From a bacterium (GTDB lineage Bacteria > Elusimicrobiota > Elusimicrobia > UBA1565 > UBA9628): a stretch of 50,902 bases of DNA. The stretch is from positions 1 to 50,902 of the forward strand of contig JAJZJF010000005.1 of assembly GCA_021810245.1 (NCBI GenBank). The letters run 5' to 3'. Both the position numbers and the translations under genes were made by a program. Below are positions 19,475 through 28,492 of the stretch, piece by piece. The notes under the pieces are model-generated. The model was given only the letters and a program-made list of their open reading frames with translations, did no database searches and was not told the DNA's origin. Every line of letters begins with the position of its first letter. Position 1 is the first letter of the stretch.

Positions 19475-20680
19475 TTACACCCGCACCTTCCCCGTCAAAA
19501 GTGCCTGCATCAGGCCTTTTTTAAGCCCGTCCATTGTTTTACGCGCATTTTCTTCTTTTTCGATTTTCTCATCCACCGCAGTTAAAATCTCGGCGATTTT
19601 CTTTTGTTCGGATAGCGACGGACAGGGAAATTCATAATTCCGGAATAATGGCCATGACGTGCGCGGCATCTTCGTGCCGCCGGACGTCCCAATTGCAAAA
19701 CCAAAGGCATTGTCAGATTGGAGAAGATAATACAAGAACGCTGGAATTAGGTTTTCGCGGGGTCTTATCACCATGATATCAGTGGAACAAACCCCATCGA
19801 ACGGAGCCATTGCGACCTTTTTAAGATTGGGGCGGAGTTTGCCAAATAGAATATCTCCCTTATAAAAAATAGTCTTGAGACTTGAGATGGATTTGGAGTT
19901 GCCAATGGCCAGGATACGCCCATCGCCGCTACCAATATGTTCAAGTCCAATATATGGGCGTTGATCTAAGATCGAAGGCATGAACCGCTCATCGGACTGC
20001 TCTGCCATATTCCCCAGCCGCACTATCTCCCACTCCACCGGGATTTCCCCAATGGGGGTTTTCTTGAATTTCTTATGCCCGATGCCGCGGGTAAGAAGGG
20101 TTTGCATGAGGGCTTTTTTGAGTTCCTTGGTTTTTTCGATGACGGCGCGGGTTTTCTCGATAGACTCATCCACCGCGGTCAAAATCTCGGCGATTTTCTT
20201 TTGCTCGCGGAGTGGAGGGTAGGGGAAAAAGATTTTTCCCATCACATTGTTCATGAGTTTTGGATTGCCCACATAGCTCACATGGCGTTTTGTATACATC
20301 GAGAGTATATAGGCAAGAAATTCAGCACAGATAGGATGATTGCCGTTAGCTTTTATTGTTCCACAAACATTCGTGCAGTTAAACCTACCACTCCTAAAGA
20401 AAACTGTCCCCGCGTATGCTCCGTCAGTTGTCCATGTTACATACTCGCCCTCAAAGTCAAATGTATCAATATACCCCATCACCCCTTGTTTTTTACTTTG
20501 GGATGAATAGACCGGGTATGGCCCAGGGTGTTCATTAATTTCTTTTTGATTAATAACGCGTCCTCGCCCCAATTCACCAATAGAATCTATATTTGTTGCA
20601 TCCCACTCCACCGGAATCTCGCCGGCGGGGGTTTTCTTGAATTTTTTTCCCATATCGAGCGTGGTAATTTGATTGGTCAT
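19475..20680 (-). CDS. hsdS: Type I R-M specificity subunit
   Basis: Repeated conserved blocks KKFKKTP.GEIPVEW and P...EQKKIAEILTAVDE, LMQ.LLT; two TRDs. Confidence 0.96.
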   Translation of the reverse strand: MTNQITTLDMGKKFKKTPAGEIPVEWDATNIDSIGELGRGRVINQKEINEHPGPYPVYSSQSKKQGVMGYIDTFDFEGEYVTWTTDGAYAGTVFFRSGRFNCTNVCGTIKANGNHPICAEFLAYILSMYTKRHVSYVGNPKLMNNVMGKIFFPYPPLREQKKIAEILTAVDESIEKTRAVIEKTKELKKALMQTLLTRGIGHKKFKKTPIGEIPVEWEIVRLGNMAEQSDERFMPSILDQRPYIGLEHIGSGDGRILAIGNSKSISSLKTIFYKGDILFGKLRPNLKKVAMAPFDGVCSTDIMVIRPRENLIPAFLYYLLQSDNAFGFAIGTSGGTKMPRTSWPLFRNYEFPCPSLSEQKKIAEILTAVDEKIEKEENARKTMDGLKKGLMQALLTGKVRV

Positions 20681-20683
20681 GAT

Positions 20684-21757
20684 TTAAACCTTGGCGAAAT
20701 CGGCTTCGTTTTCAAGCCCGATTATTTTGCCTAAGAAGCGCAGAGCCATCCGCTGATGCAATTGAGGCGTAAGACCGGCTTTCGGAATGGGAACGTCAAA
20801 ACCCGCGCGGGCGAACTCTTGGGCGACGAACTCCAGACTGTCTTGAAGTTTGGACGAAGCCATATAATCCGAGCGGGGATTTTTAGCGAGATCGTCAAGC
20901 GTTTTCCAAACATTTTCAAGGCCCTTAAAAATAGCGATCCAGTCCAGCCATTTCGGAGACGCTCCGTCATCAAAATGGGTTGAAGCCAAAAACTCCCACC
21001 ACTTTCTTTGAGAAAGCCAGTATTCCAATTTCTTGCCCTTGGGCTTGGTGAGCACCAGACCCGATTGGGCGAGACCTAAAAGAGCCTGATGAAGGCTCAG
21101 CCAAAAAAGACCGACCGCCTCCGCGATTTCGCGCGGGTGGGCGCTCTCGTGGGTCATGAGATAAAGCAAGGCCTCTGATTTCGCGCCGGTGCCGAAAAGC
21201 GCGCGCAAAAGAAAACGCAGATTGGCTCTGGCGTTGACTGGAACTTCTTTAGCCGGTTTTTGAATTTTAATGCGGGGACGGTTGAAACCAAAAGCCGCAA
21301 AAGAGGGGTCCCGCTTGTCGCCTTCCGCCCGAGGATGGAAAATTCCCGATCTTTCTTTAAAGAGCGGTTCCTCAACGCCGCGCATCGAGACTTGTCGGCT
21401 GTGGCAAAACGCGGCGAGATTTTTCCACTTTCTCTCTTGCCCGCGCTCTTCAACATAGCGCAAAGCCCCGCCGATTACGGCAATAACGTCCTCGTCTTCC
21501 TTTGAAAGAAGCTGTCTCAGTCTTGAAGCGTCAAGCCGCTCTCCATTGGTCAAAAGCCAAGCCAAAATCTCGTCAAACAGGCGCGGCTCATAGCGTGCGA
21601 TGGGCAAAGAAAAAATGAGCAAGGCTTCCGGGTCGATGATCCAACTCTCTTCCGCGCTGGAATCCCCCAAAACGCCCAAAGCCGACCACTGCCGCCAAAG
21701 AAAGGTCAGCAGCCTGTCAAGCAGCGCTTCTCTAAAGTCGTTGAGCGACATCGCCAT
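20684..21757 (-). CDS. Hypothetical protein with internal winged-HTH (putative antitoxin/regulator)
   Basis: 'EALLYL....AHPREIAEAVG......HQALLGLAQSGLV....GKKLEYWL'; overlaps the NTase gene by 26 bp. Confidence 0.65.
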   Translation of the reverse strand: MAMSLNDFREALLDRLLTFLWRQWSALGVLGDSSAEESWIIDPEALLIFSLPIARYEPRLFDEILAWLLTNGERLDASRLRQLLSKEDEDVIAVIGGALRYVEERGQERKWKNLAAFCHSRQVSMRGVEEPLFKERSGIFHPRAEGDKRDPSFAAFGFNRPRIKIQKPAKEVPVNARANLRFLLRALFGTGAKSEALLYLMTHESAHPREIAEAVGLFWLSLHQALLGLAQSGLVLTKPKGKKLEYWLSQRKWWEFLASTHFDDGASPKWLDWIAIFKGLENVWKTLDDLAKNPRSDYMASSKLQDSLEFVAQEFARAGFDVPIPKAGLTPQLHQRMALRFLGKIIGLENEADFAKV

Positions 21758-22322
21758 GCCCCATCTCTTTTAGAATCCGCTTCACGTCGCTGCGGTAGGT
21801 TTCCGAAACATCGTGCGTCATGCTCCAGCGCGCGGCCTTCTCCAGCTCATCTCCGGTGGGCCTGAGGTCCAACAAGTCCTGATAGTGCTTTCCACCCTGA
21901 TCGACCGCCGCGTAGAGCTTGAAATGCACCTGATCATACCGGCTGATAAAGCGCACCGTGAGCGCGCTTCCATAATTGCGCAACTCCGCGCGTCCAAGCA
22001 CTCCTTCGGGCAATCCAAAATCCAATGCCGAGGTCGGGCCCGGATTGATCCATCCGTCCTTGAGCCGGAAATCGCGCTCGACCTTCTTCGCGGCCTCGAT
22101 TAAATGCGGCGGCAGAGGATTGGCCGAACTCATGATCAGGCCGTCCGTGGGGCTCTTTGAAACAAGAGCCACAACATCCACGTCCTTGGTCGTCCTTGTG
22201 ACCAACCCCAAAGCATGGAGCGCCGCCCCGCCGCAGACGAGCATATCGACATGCGGCTTCTTGAGCGCGGCGAGCTGCTCGCCTAAAGCGGCGAGGGCCT
22301 GCTCGATTTCTTCTCTGTTCAT
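21732..22322 (-). CDS. DUF6036 / AbiEii-like nucleotidyltransferase
   Basis: VCGGAAL......R.T.DVDV and KL.A....K...DL motifs. Confidence 0.8.
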   Translation of the reverse strand: MNREEIEQALAALGEQLAALKKPHVDMLVCGGAALHALGLVTRTTKDVDVVALVSKSPTDGLIMSSANPLPPHLIEAAKKVERDFRLKDGWINPGPTSALDFGLPEGVLGRAELRNYGSALTVRFISRYDQVHFKLYAAVDQGGKHYQDLLDLRPTGDELEKAARWSMTHDVSETYRSDVKRILKEMGHGDVAQRL

Positions 22323-22336
22323 AAAATCCCTTAGGC

Positions 22337-23821
22337 TTAAACCTTATAACCCAACTCTTTCAGATAGCCCTCGACCTTGTCATCGGATTGGCCGCGTTCT
22401 TTTTTCAGTTGGGCCAGTTCGTTGATGGTCGCTTGAACGTCGATTGACTCCTCGGCTTCGGTGATGTCGATATAGCGCGGGATATTCAGGTTGTAGTCGT
22501 TGCGGCGGATTTCATCCAAGGCCACCGGGCGACAATATTTCTCGATAGCGGCATAGGCTTGATAGGCCTTGACGATCTTCTCAATGTCCTCCGGGCGCAG
22601 TTCGTTCTGATTCTTGAGCTGTTGGAAGTCTCGCGCACCATAGAGAAAGAAAACCTTGCCCTTGCGCTGAACCGGCTTTTTCTTGTTTAAGATAAACAGG
22701 CAAGCCGGAATGCTCGCGCCGTAAAACAAGTTCGAGGGTAGGCCGATCACGGCTTCGACTAAATCTTCTTCAAGTATGCCTTGGCGAATCTTCCCCTCCG
22801 CGCCGCCGCGGAAAAGGACTCCATGCGGAAGAACGACGCCCGCCCGTCCGGAAGGTTTTAGCGTCGCGATCATGTGCTGGACGAAGGCAAGGTCGCCATA
22901 ACTTTTTGGAGGCAAGCCGTATCTAAAGCGCCCAAAAGCGTCGCTTGCGGCGGATTCGACGCCCCAATTCTTCAGTGAAAACGGCGGGTTCGCGATCACG
23001 ATGTCGTACTCGACGAGCTTGCCCTTCTGGAGCAGCTTCGGCTCGCGGATGGTGTCGCCTTTCTCGATCCGGGCTCCCGAGATTCCGTGAAGCAAGATAT
23101 TCATCTTGCAGATGGCCCAAGTGCCGAGATTTCTCTCTTGGCCGTGCAAAACCAGGTTTTTCGTGTTTTGATGGATGGCCTTAAGGTGGTGAACGGCCTG
23201 AACCAACATTCCGCCGGAGCCGCAAGCCGGGTCGCAAATATACATGCCTTCCCTTGGATCAAGAATATCGACCAAAAGTGTCACGACTTCTTTTGGCGTG
23301 TAAAACTCCCCGCCTTTTTTCCCCGCGTCATCGGCGAACTGGGAAATCAGATATTCATAGGCGCGCCCCAAAATATCGGGCTCGGACAAATCCTCATTGC
23401 GCAAGCGGAGCTTGGAAAAATGAATAATGAGCTTGGACAGCGTGCCGTCGGGAAGCCTTTCCTTGTCATTGAAATCGGTAGCCGACAAAACGCCTTCAAG
23501 AGAGCGATTATGCTCTTCGAGTTGATCATTCGCCTTGTTGATGGCGTCCCCTAAATTGTGAGTCAGCGTGGTCAGATATTTCCAATGGGCTTTAGGAGGA
23601 ATGAAGAACTCGTGCTCATCAGGGTCTTCGAGCGCGATTTTATTACTCTTGCCTTCTCTTAAGAGTTTCTCAGCTTCTTCATCAAAAACATCGGACAGCC
23701 TTTTCAGGAAGAGGAGACCGAAAATATAATTCTTGTAGTCGGAGGCGTCAATGCTTCCCCTCAGAATGTTGGCGGATTCCCAAAGGTGACTTGTCAGTGT
23801 TTCAAGTTCTAATTTTTCCAT
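22337..23821 (-). CDS. hsdM: Type I R-M methyltransferase (N6-adenine)
   Basis: LW..AN.LRG, GEFYTP, DPACGSGG, ANPPF, GVLFRG; probable start ATG 23821. Confidence 0.97.
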   Translation of the reverse strand: MEKLELETLTSHLWESANILRGSIDASDYKNYIFGLLFLKRLSDVFDEEAEKLLREGKSNKIALEDPDEHEFFIPPKAHWKYLTTLTHNLGDAINKANDQLEEHNRSLEGVLSATDFNDKERLPDGTLSKLIIHFSKLRLRNEDLSEPDILGRAYEYLISQFADDAGKKGGEFYTPKEVVTLLVDILDPREGMYICDPACGSGGMLVQAVHHLKAIHQNTKNLVLHGQERNLGTWAICKMNILLHGISGARIEKGDTIREPKLLQKGKLVEYDIVIANPPFSLKNWGVESAASDAFGRFRYGLPPKSYGDLAFVQHMIATLKPSGRAGVVLPHGVLFRGGAEGKIRQGILEEDLVEAVIGLPSNLFYGASIPACLFILNKKKPVQRKGKVFFLYGARDFQQLKNQNELRPEDIEKIVKAYQAYAAIEKYCRPVALDEIRRNDYNLNIPRYIDITEAEESIDVQATINELAQLKKERGQSDDKVEGYLKELGYKV

Positions 23822-24053
23822 ATTCTGTTTCCCATTCTCTTGAGCTTTCTCATTTATAAAGGATAGCACATAAAATTAATATTGTCAATATAGTATGAAT
23901 AAGCGAATAACTATAATTATAACTATTGTTTATCTATAAATATAATTTATAAAAACACATTCTAAATTTAATGTTCTAGTTTGCACTTTAAGAAAGTAAA
24001 AAGATCGCGCCTCGGAATCTTTCTAGAAAATTTCGCTTTTTAGGGGAAAAAAC

Positions 24054-24085
24054 TGGTGTCCAAAAAGTGTCCATACTGGGTCAAA
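24054..24085. repeat. Putative integrase arm-type site (right end of island 1)
   Basis: Near-identical to 7463-7494. Confidence 0.75.
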
Positions 24086-24204
24086 AACGGCAAAACCGCA
24101 AAAAAGCCCGTCAAAACGGAATAACGCGATTTCTCGACGAGAAATCAAGCTGGAACAAGGAAAACAGAGGCGGATCAAAACCCGGGAAAAAGGCCTTTTT
24201 CCCA

Positions 24205-24243
24205 TTGCGAACGAGGCGCTCTCCCAGCTGAGCTACACGCCCA
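24205..24243 (-). repeat. att site: displaced 5' half of tRNA-Ala
   Basis: Identical to 7370-7408; ends at the anticodon loop; TATAAT upstream on the minus strand (24252-24257). Confidence 0.93.
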
Positions 24244-24313
24244 TTATTGAGATTATACAACACTTTTTTGCCTGTCCTGGAAAACGCTATATTAGCGCCT
24301 TAAAGGCACCCAA

Positions 24314-24763
24314 TTATCTTCCTTCGACATCGCTGGCCCCGAAGTCGGAATTCCCGATATCAGAGTTGACATTAATATTGGAATTAAGCCCATTGAGATC
24401 GGAATTCAATTGATTTGAATAATCGTCCTCAATGTTTTTTAGGTCTGGACCGTCATTGCCTGAAGGCGAATAAGTGTCGTATTGAGAAGCATTCTCATTT
24501 AAATCTATTGGAGTGTTCCCTTGGTTTAAAGTGGGAACGACGGGAGGCGGAGGATTTGGAGTCTGTAGCCGATTTTTGACGACAGTTGCGGAAGAAACTG
24601 AATCTGAGTCTTCATCTGAGGAGTTAGAAGAACGATTTCGAGACAAGACCGCATCTTTCCGAACACGGGGAAGCGTCTCCAAAGAAGTTTTATGCGAATA
24701 AAACAAATAAATCGCGACCCAAACAGTGACCATCACAATCCAAAATTGGTAGTTCTTCTTCAC
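24314..24763 (-). CDS. Hypothetical protein, N-terminal TM and low-complexity S/N/D tail
   Basis: 149-aa ORF with hydrophobic N-terminus. Confidence 0.65.
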   Translation of the reverse strand: MKKNYQFWIVMVTVWVAIYLFYSHKTSLETLPRVRKDAVLSRNRSSNSSDEDSDSVSSATVVKNRLQTPNPPPPVVPTLNQGNTPIDLNENASQYDTYSPSGNDGPDLKNIEDDYSNQLNSDLNGLNSNINVNSDIGNSDFGASDVEGR

Positions 24764-24908
24764 GGATTTTTCATTATATACTACTTATATCAAATGGGCA
24801 ATAATAACCTTAGAGAAAGAGTCTTGGGATGTTCGGCCCATGGAAAAGCCTAATAATAAATCATATTATATGATTACTAAGTTAAAGTAATAATTGCGCG
24901 GAGAAAAA

Positions 24909-25889
24909 ATGAAAAAAGTAAATTTCCTGTCGCTGTTTTTTTTGTCGCTTCTGTTCTTGCCTCGCTTAACTCTCGCGGCTCCTTACGGGGAATACCGCGT
25001 CACTCCGCGACAGTTTGAAGACTTGGGCGTTCTCAGAGGGAACTCGGGACAAGTTCTGAAGTATTACGGCGGCCCCGTCATTTCTCACGTCAAGGTTTTT
25101 ATCGTCTATTGGGGCGATCAGGTCGGAACCGAGCTTCAGCTAAAGCTCGCGCCTTTTTACCGCTCGATTCTCGACAGCAGTTACATGGATGTTCTTGCCC
25201 AGTATAAAACGGATATTCCCGCCGTGGATGGACGAAAAGGAACCGGGCAAACCATCGGGCACGGCCGATTAATCGGCCAGAAAATGATCGAACCGCGCAA
25301 TCAAGCGGCAACTCTGACCGACAGGATGATCCAAAAAGAACTTTCCGCTCAGATCGCATCTGGAGTTTTACCCTCTCCGGATGCCAACACTCTTTATATG
25401 GTCTATTTCCCGCGAGGAGTCCGCATCAAGGGGCCAGGCGGCTCAGGCGGTTCCTGCGAAACCTTTGACGCCTACCATGATGGATTTAAAACCTCCCATG
25501 GCGACGCAATTTTCTACGGCGTCATGCCCGATTGCGGATTGGATTTTGCCGGCGCGACCGAAGTGTCGTCGCATGAGACAATCGAGGCCGTCACGGATCC
25601 CTTTCCAACGCCGGGAAATCATCCCAGCTATCCCCAGGCTTGGAATTCCATTCGCGGAGACGAGGTCGCCGATTTGTGTCAGATGCGGCCGCCGTCGTAC
25701 GTCTCAGGAAGCGTTACAAGCGTAGTCGCAAGGCCGTGGAACAATTCCATCGGCACTTGCGCCAAGGGGCCATGGACAGATGGAACAACTTTAAGCGCTT
25801 TTGGTTCCAGCGCAATTCACGCGAACCTCTTTCCGATCCTAAATACGCTGCCTGCGCTCACTCCAAACACTCTTTGGGAAGGACGCTAG
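24909..25889 (+). CDS. Secreted protein, EXORDIUM/Phi-1-like family
   Basis: Signal peptide; Y.GGPV, AYH, SHE..EAVTDP, AW..GDE.ADLC motifs. Confidence 0.6.
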   Translation: MKKVNFLSLFFLSLLFLPRLTLAAPYGEYRVTPRQFEDLGVLRGNSGQVLKYYGGPVISHVKVFIVYWGDQVGTELQLKLAPFYRSILDSSYMDVLAQYKTDIPAVDGRKGTGQTIGHGRLIGQKMIEPRNQAATLTDRMIQKELSAQIASGVLPSPDANTLYMVYFPRGVRIKGPGGSGGSCETFDAYHDGFKTSHGDAIFYGVMPDCGLDFAGATEVSSHETIEAVTDPFPTPGNHPSYPQAWNSIRGDEVADLCQMRPPSYVSGSVTSVVARPWNNSIGTCAKGPWTDGTTLSAFGSSAIHANLFPILNTLPALTPNTLWEGR

Positions 25890-25901
25890 CGGCAGAAACG
25901 T

Positions 25902-26945
25902 TTAACCCAAAGTTTTCAAGTCAATTGAAAACCGGTAGCGAACGTCGTTTTTCATCATCCGATCATAAGCGCGGTTGACGTCCTGAATTTTAATGACCTC
26001 GACATCGGCTAAGACCTTGTGCTTTTCACAAAAATCTAACATCTCTTGAGTTTCAGGAAGGCCGCCAATGAGAGAACCCGCCAACGTTCTTCGTCCCATG
26101 ATCAGCGGAAAAGCCGCCACCTCCAGCGGAACCGGAGAAGCCCCGACCAAGGTCAAGGCTCCGTCTAACTTAAGCATTCCCAAGGCGGAATTTAAATCAT
26201 GTTTAGCTGAAACCGTATCAATAATGAAATTTAAATGCCCAGCCATCTTGGATACGGCATTTAAATCAGACAAGAGAATGAATTCATCCGCTCCCAGGCG
26301 TTTAGCGTCCTCTTTTTTAGACGAAGAATGACTCAAGACAAAAACCTCCGCTCCCAAAGCCTTTCCAATTTTAACCGCCATGTGCCCCAGGCCCCCCAAG
26401 CCTAGAACGCCAATGCGCGAATTTTTACCGACCTTAAAACGCTTAAGAGGGGAATAGGTCGTAATTCCGGCGCACAAAAGAGGCGCGACGCGCTCAAGGG
26501 GAAGGCCCTTGCCGATCTTGAGAACAAAATCCTCATCCACCACGATATGGGAGGAATACCCTCCTTGTGTCGCTAGTCCATCCCGGCCAACGCTGTTATA
26601 GGTGAATGTCGCAGGCCCCGCGCAAAATTGTTCAAGCCCCTTTTGACAAGACTCGCATTTCCGGCAAGAATCAACCAAGCATCCCACCCCGGCAAAATCG
26701 CCTTCCTTAAATTTTTTCACCTCTTTTCCAATCCGGACCACTCGTCCCACAATTTCATGTCCCGGAACCATGGGGTAGACCGCCGCCCCCCATTCGTTTC
26801 GAGCTGAATGAATATCGGAATGGCAGATTCCGCAGTAGGCAATTTCAATTTGAACGTCCTTGGGTCCTAGCGCTCTCCGCTCAAATGAAAACGGTTCCAG
26901 AGGCGTCGTCGCGCTTTTGGCGGCATATCCATGACATTGGCTCAT
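25902..26945 (-). CDS. Zn-dependent NAD(P)H alcohol/aldehyde dehydrogenase (YahK/CAD-like)
   Basis: CGICHSD, GHE, C..C..C.......C, APLLCAGIT, GLGGLG. Confidence 0.95.
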   Translation of the reverse strand: MSQCHGYAAKSATTPLEPFSFERRALGPKDVQIEIAYCGICHSDIHSARNEWGAAVYPMVPGHEIVGRVVRIGKEVKKFKEGDFAGVGCLVDSCRKCESCQKGLEQFCAGPATFTYNSVGRDGLATQGGYSSHIVVDEDFVLKIGKGLPLERVAPLLCAGITTYSPLKRFKVGKNSRIGVLGLGGLGHMAVKIGKALGAEVFVLSHSSSKKEDAKRLGADEFILLSDLNAVSKMAGHLNFIIDTVSAKHDLNSALGMLKLDGALTLVGASPVPLEVAAFPLIMGRRTLAGSLIGGLPETQEMLDFCEKHKVLADVEVIKIQDVNRAYDRMMKNDVRYRFSIDLKTLG

Positions 26946-26964
26946 ATTCTTTCTCCTAATCAAA

Positions 26965-26996
26965 CGAGTTTATCTACTTTCGAGTTTATCTACTTT
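26965..26996. repeat. Perfect 16-bp tandem duplication
   Basis: CGAGTTTATCTACTTT x2. Confidence 0.85.
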
Positions 26997-27118
26997 ACAA
27001 AATCGCGATTTTTATTTTCAAAGATTGTTCGCTAATATCCGCATAATTTGCCAAAATAGAAGAAGAAACGGGAAAGCTTTATATTCCCCGTTCAAAACTA
27101 AAAAAAGGAGAAAAAACA

Positions 27119-27490
27119 ATGATCACCGAAACCAAAGAAATGAGCGCCGTGGATTATTTTAAGGCGAAACTTCAGTTCGAGACGACTCCGCACGAACTTA
27201 GCTCCGCACTTGAGAAAAAAAGTGTTTTCCTGGTGGATGTTCGGGACTCTGAGTCCTACAAAAAGGAACATATCACCGGTTCGATGAATATCCCGTTTGC
27301 GGATATCGTCAGCAACCTCTCCAAACTCCCCAAGGACAAGACCATTGTCCTCTACTGTTGGAACATCACCTGCGCCTTGGCGCCCAAAGCGGCCTTGATG
27401 TTGGCCGAAAAAGGCTTTAAAGTTCAGGAACTGGTCGGCGGAATCGCGGAGTGGAAATCAAAGGGCTTCTCGGTCGAATCGAGCAAATAA
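27119..27490 (+). CDS. Rhodanese-like domain protein
   Basis: DVR...Y..EHI.GS.NIP, YCWNITC, L.GG..EW; SD AGGAG. Confidence 0.92.
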   Translation: MITETKEMSAVDYFKAKLQFETTPHELSSALEKKSVFLVDVRDSESYKKEHITGSMNIPFADIVSNLSKLPKDKTIVLYCWNITCALAPKAALMLAEKGFKVQELVGGIAEWKSKGFSVESSK

Positions 27491-27499
27491 GCGGTCAAT

Positions 27500-27534
27500 A
27501 AAAAGCCCCTCGGAAATTCCGAGGGGCTTTTTTT
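27500..27534. terminator. Bidirectional intrinsic terminator
   Basis: AAAAAGCCCCTCGGA-loop-TCCGAGGGGCTTTTTTT between convergent genes. Confidence 0.92.
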
Positions 27535-27543
27535 ATCTCTAGA

Positions 27544-28449
27544 TTAAAGCTTTAAACTGACGCCGACGTTGATAAAATTCTCCGCCGTCGTTCCCGGCTG
27601 AACATAATGCTCATAGGAAGCGTTAAAAGCCAGCATCATCATATTGGCGGCGACCCCGAAAGCGTAAGCGTCGGAGGCCTGCGCTCCTAACTGAAAGGTC
27701 GTATGGGTGTAAGAAAGATACGGCGTCAAAAATGGAATCATCTCCATTTGGATTTTAGCGTTGACCGACATATCCGGAAAGCCCAAAACCACGTTGGTCA
27801 CCCCGTCTAAGTTGGTCACTTCCGCATTTTGAACGCCCAACCCTCCCAGATTGCGGTCATAGAGAGATTTAGTTACGTTGACGGTCATTAGATTATCCAT
27901 CAACGCCGCATCGACAGAGCCGTGTAAATTGGTTTGCCCGAAATTGGCGCTTCCGGCATGGCCTAAAAAAGTGGAACCCTCGCCGTTGTGGATTTCGTTG
28001 ACGCCAGCTCTTAAGTCTACTCCGCCCAGACCCGCGCTTTCCGGCCCCCAATAATAAGGATTAGAGGCTTGAGCCGCGGCGCGCAGGGGCGGCCCTCCGC
28101 CCGGGGTTAAACTCAAAACTCCGTCGGCTCCAAAAAAGTAATTATTATAACCGTCGATGGTTGGGGTCGCGCCTCCCGAAAGTCCCAAGCCCCAAGTTTT
28201 CTGGTCGTAAGCGGCGCGCAGGGAATAGGTCCGATAGGTATAACCCTTGGTCCCGTCTCCATGATACTCTTCAAAGGATGGCTGAAAATGAAGGGCGCCG
28301 CCGAAATCGGCCGAGGCCTGGGTTCCGACGTAGCCGCCGCTTCCCATCGTTTGATTGACATTGCCGTCCGCGAACATAGCGGCGGCCGGAAGAGCGCTTA
28401 AACTCCACAACGCGAGCGTCAAGACGACAGCACGAGTTAATATTTTCAT
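27544..28449 (-). CDS. Putative outer-membrane beta-barrel protein
   Basis: Signal peptide, alternating beta-strand pattern rich in Y/G, C-terminal NVGVSLKL. Confidence 0.65.
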   Translation of the reverse strand: MKILTRAVVLTLALWSLSALPAAAMFADGNVNQTMGSGGYVGTQASADFGGALHFQPSFEEYHGDGTKGYTYRTYSLRAAYDQKTWGLGLSGGATPTIDGYNNYFFGADGVLSLTPGGGPPLRAAAQASNPYYWGPESAGLGGVDLRAGVNEIHNGEGSTFLGHAGSANFGQTNLHGSVDAALMDNLMTVNVTKSLYDRNLGGLGVQNAEVTNLDGVTNVVLGFPDMSVNAKIQMEMIPFLTPYLSYTHTTFQLGAQASDAYAFGVAANMMMLAFNASYEHYVQPGTTAENFINVGVSLKL

Positions 28450-28492
28450 GAAAATATTATATATGAAAAACCCTCAGAAATTACGTCTTATT

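Larger units (their letters stand above)
7370..24243. mobile_element. Genomic island 1 (defence island) integrated in tRNA-Ala
   Basis: 39-bp direct repeat 7370-7408 = 24205-24243; integrase next to the tRNA; paired GTGTCCA sites inside both ends; R-M and IS cargo. Confidence 0.92.
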
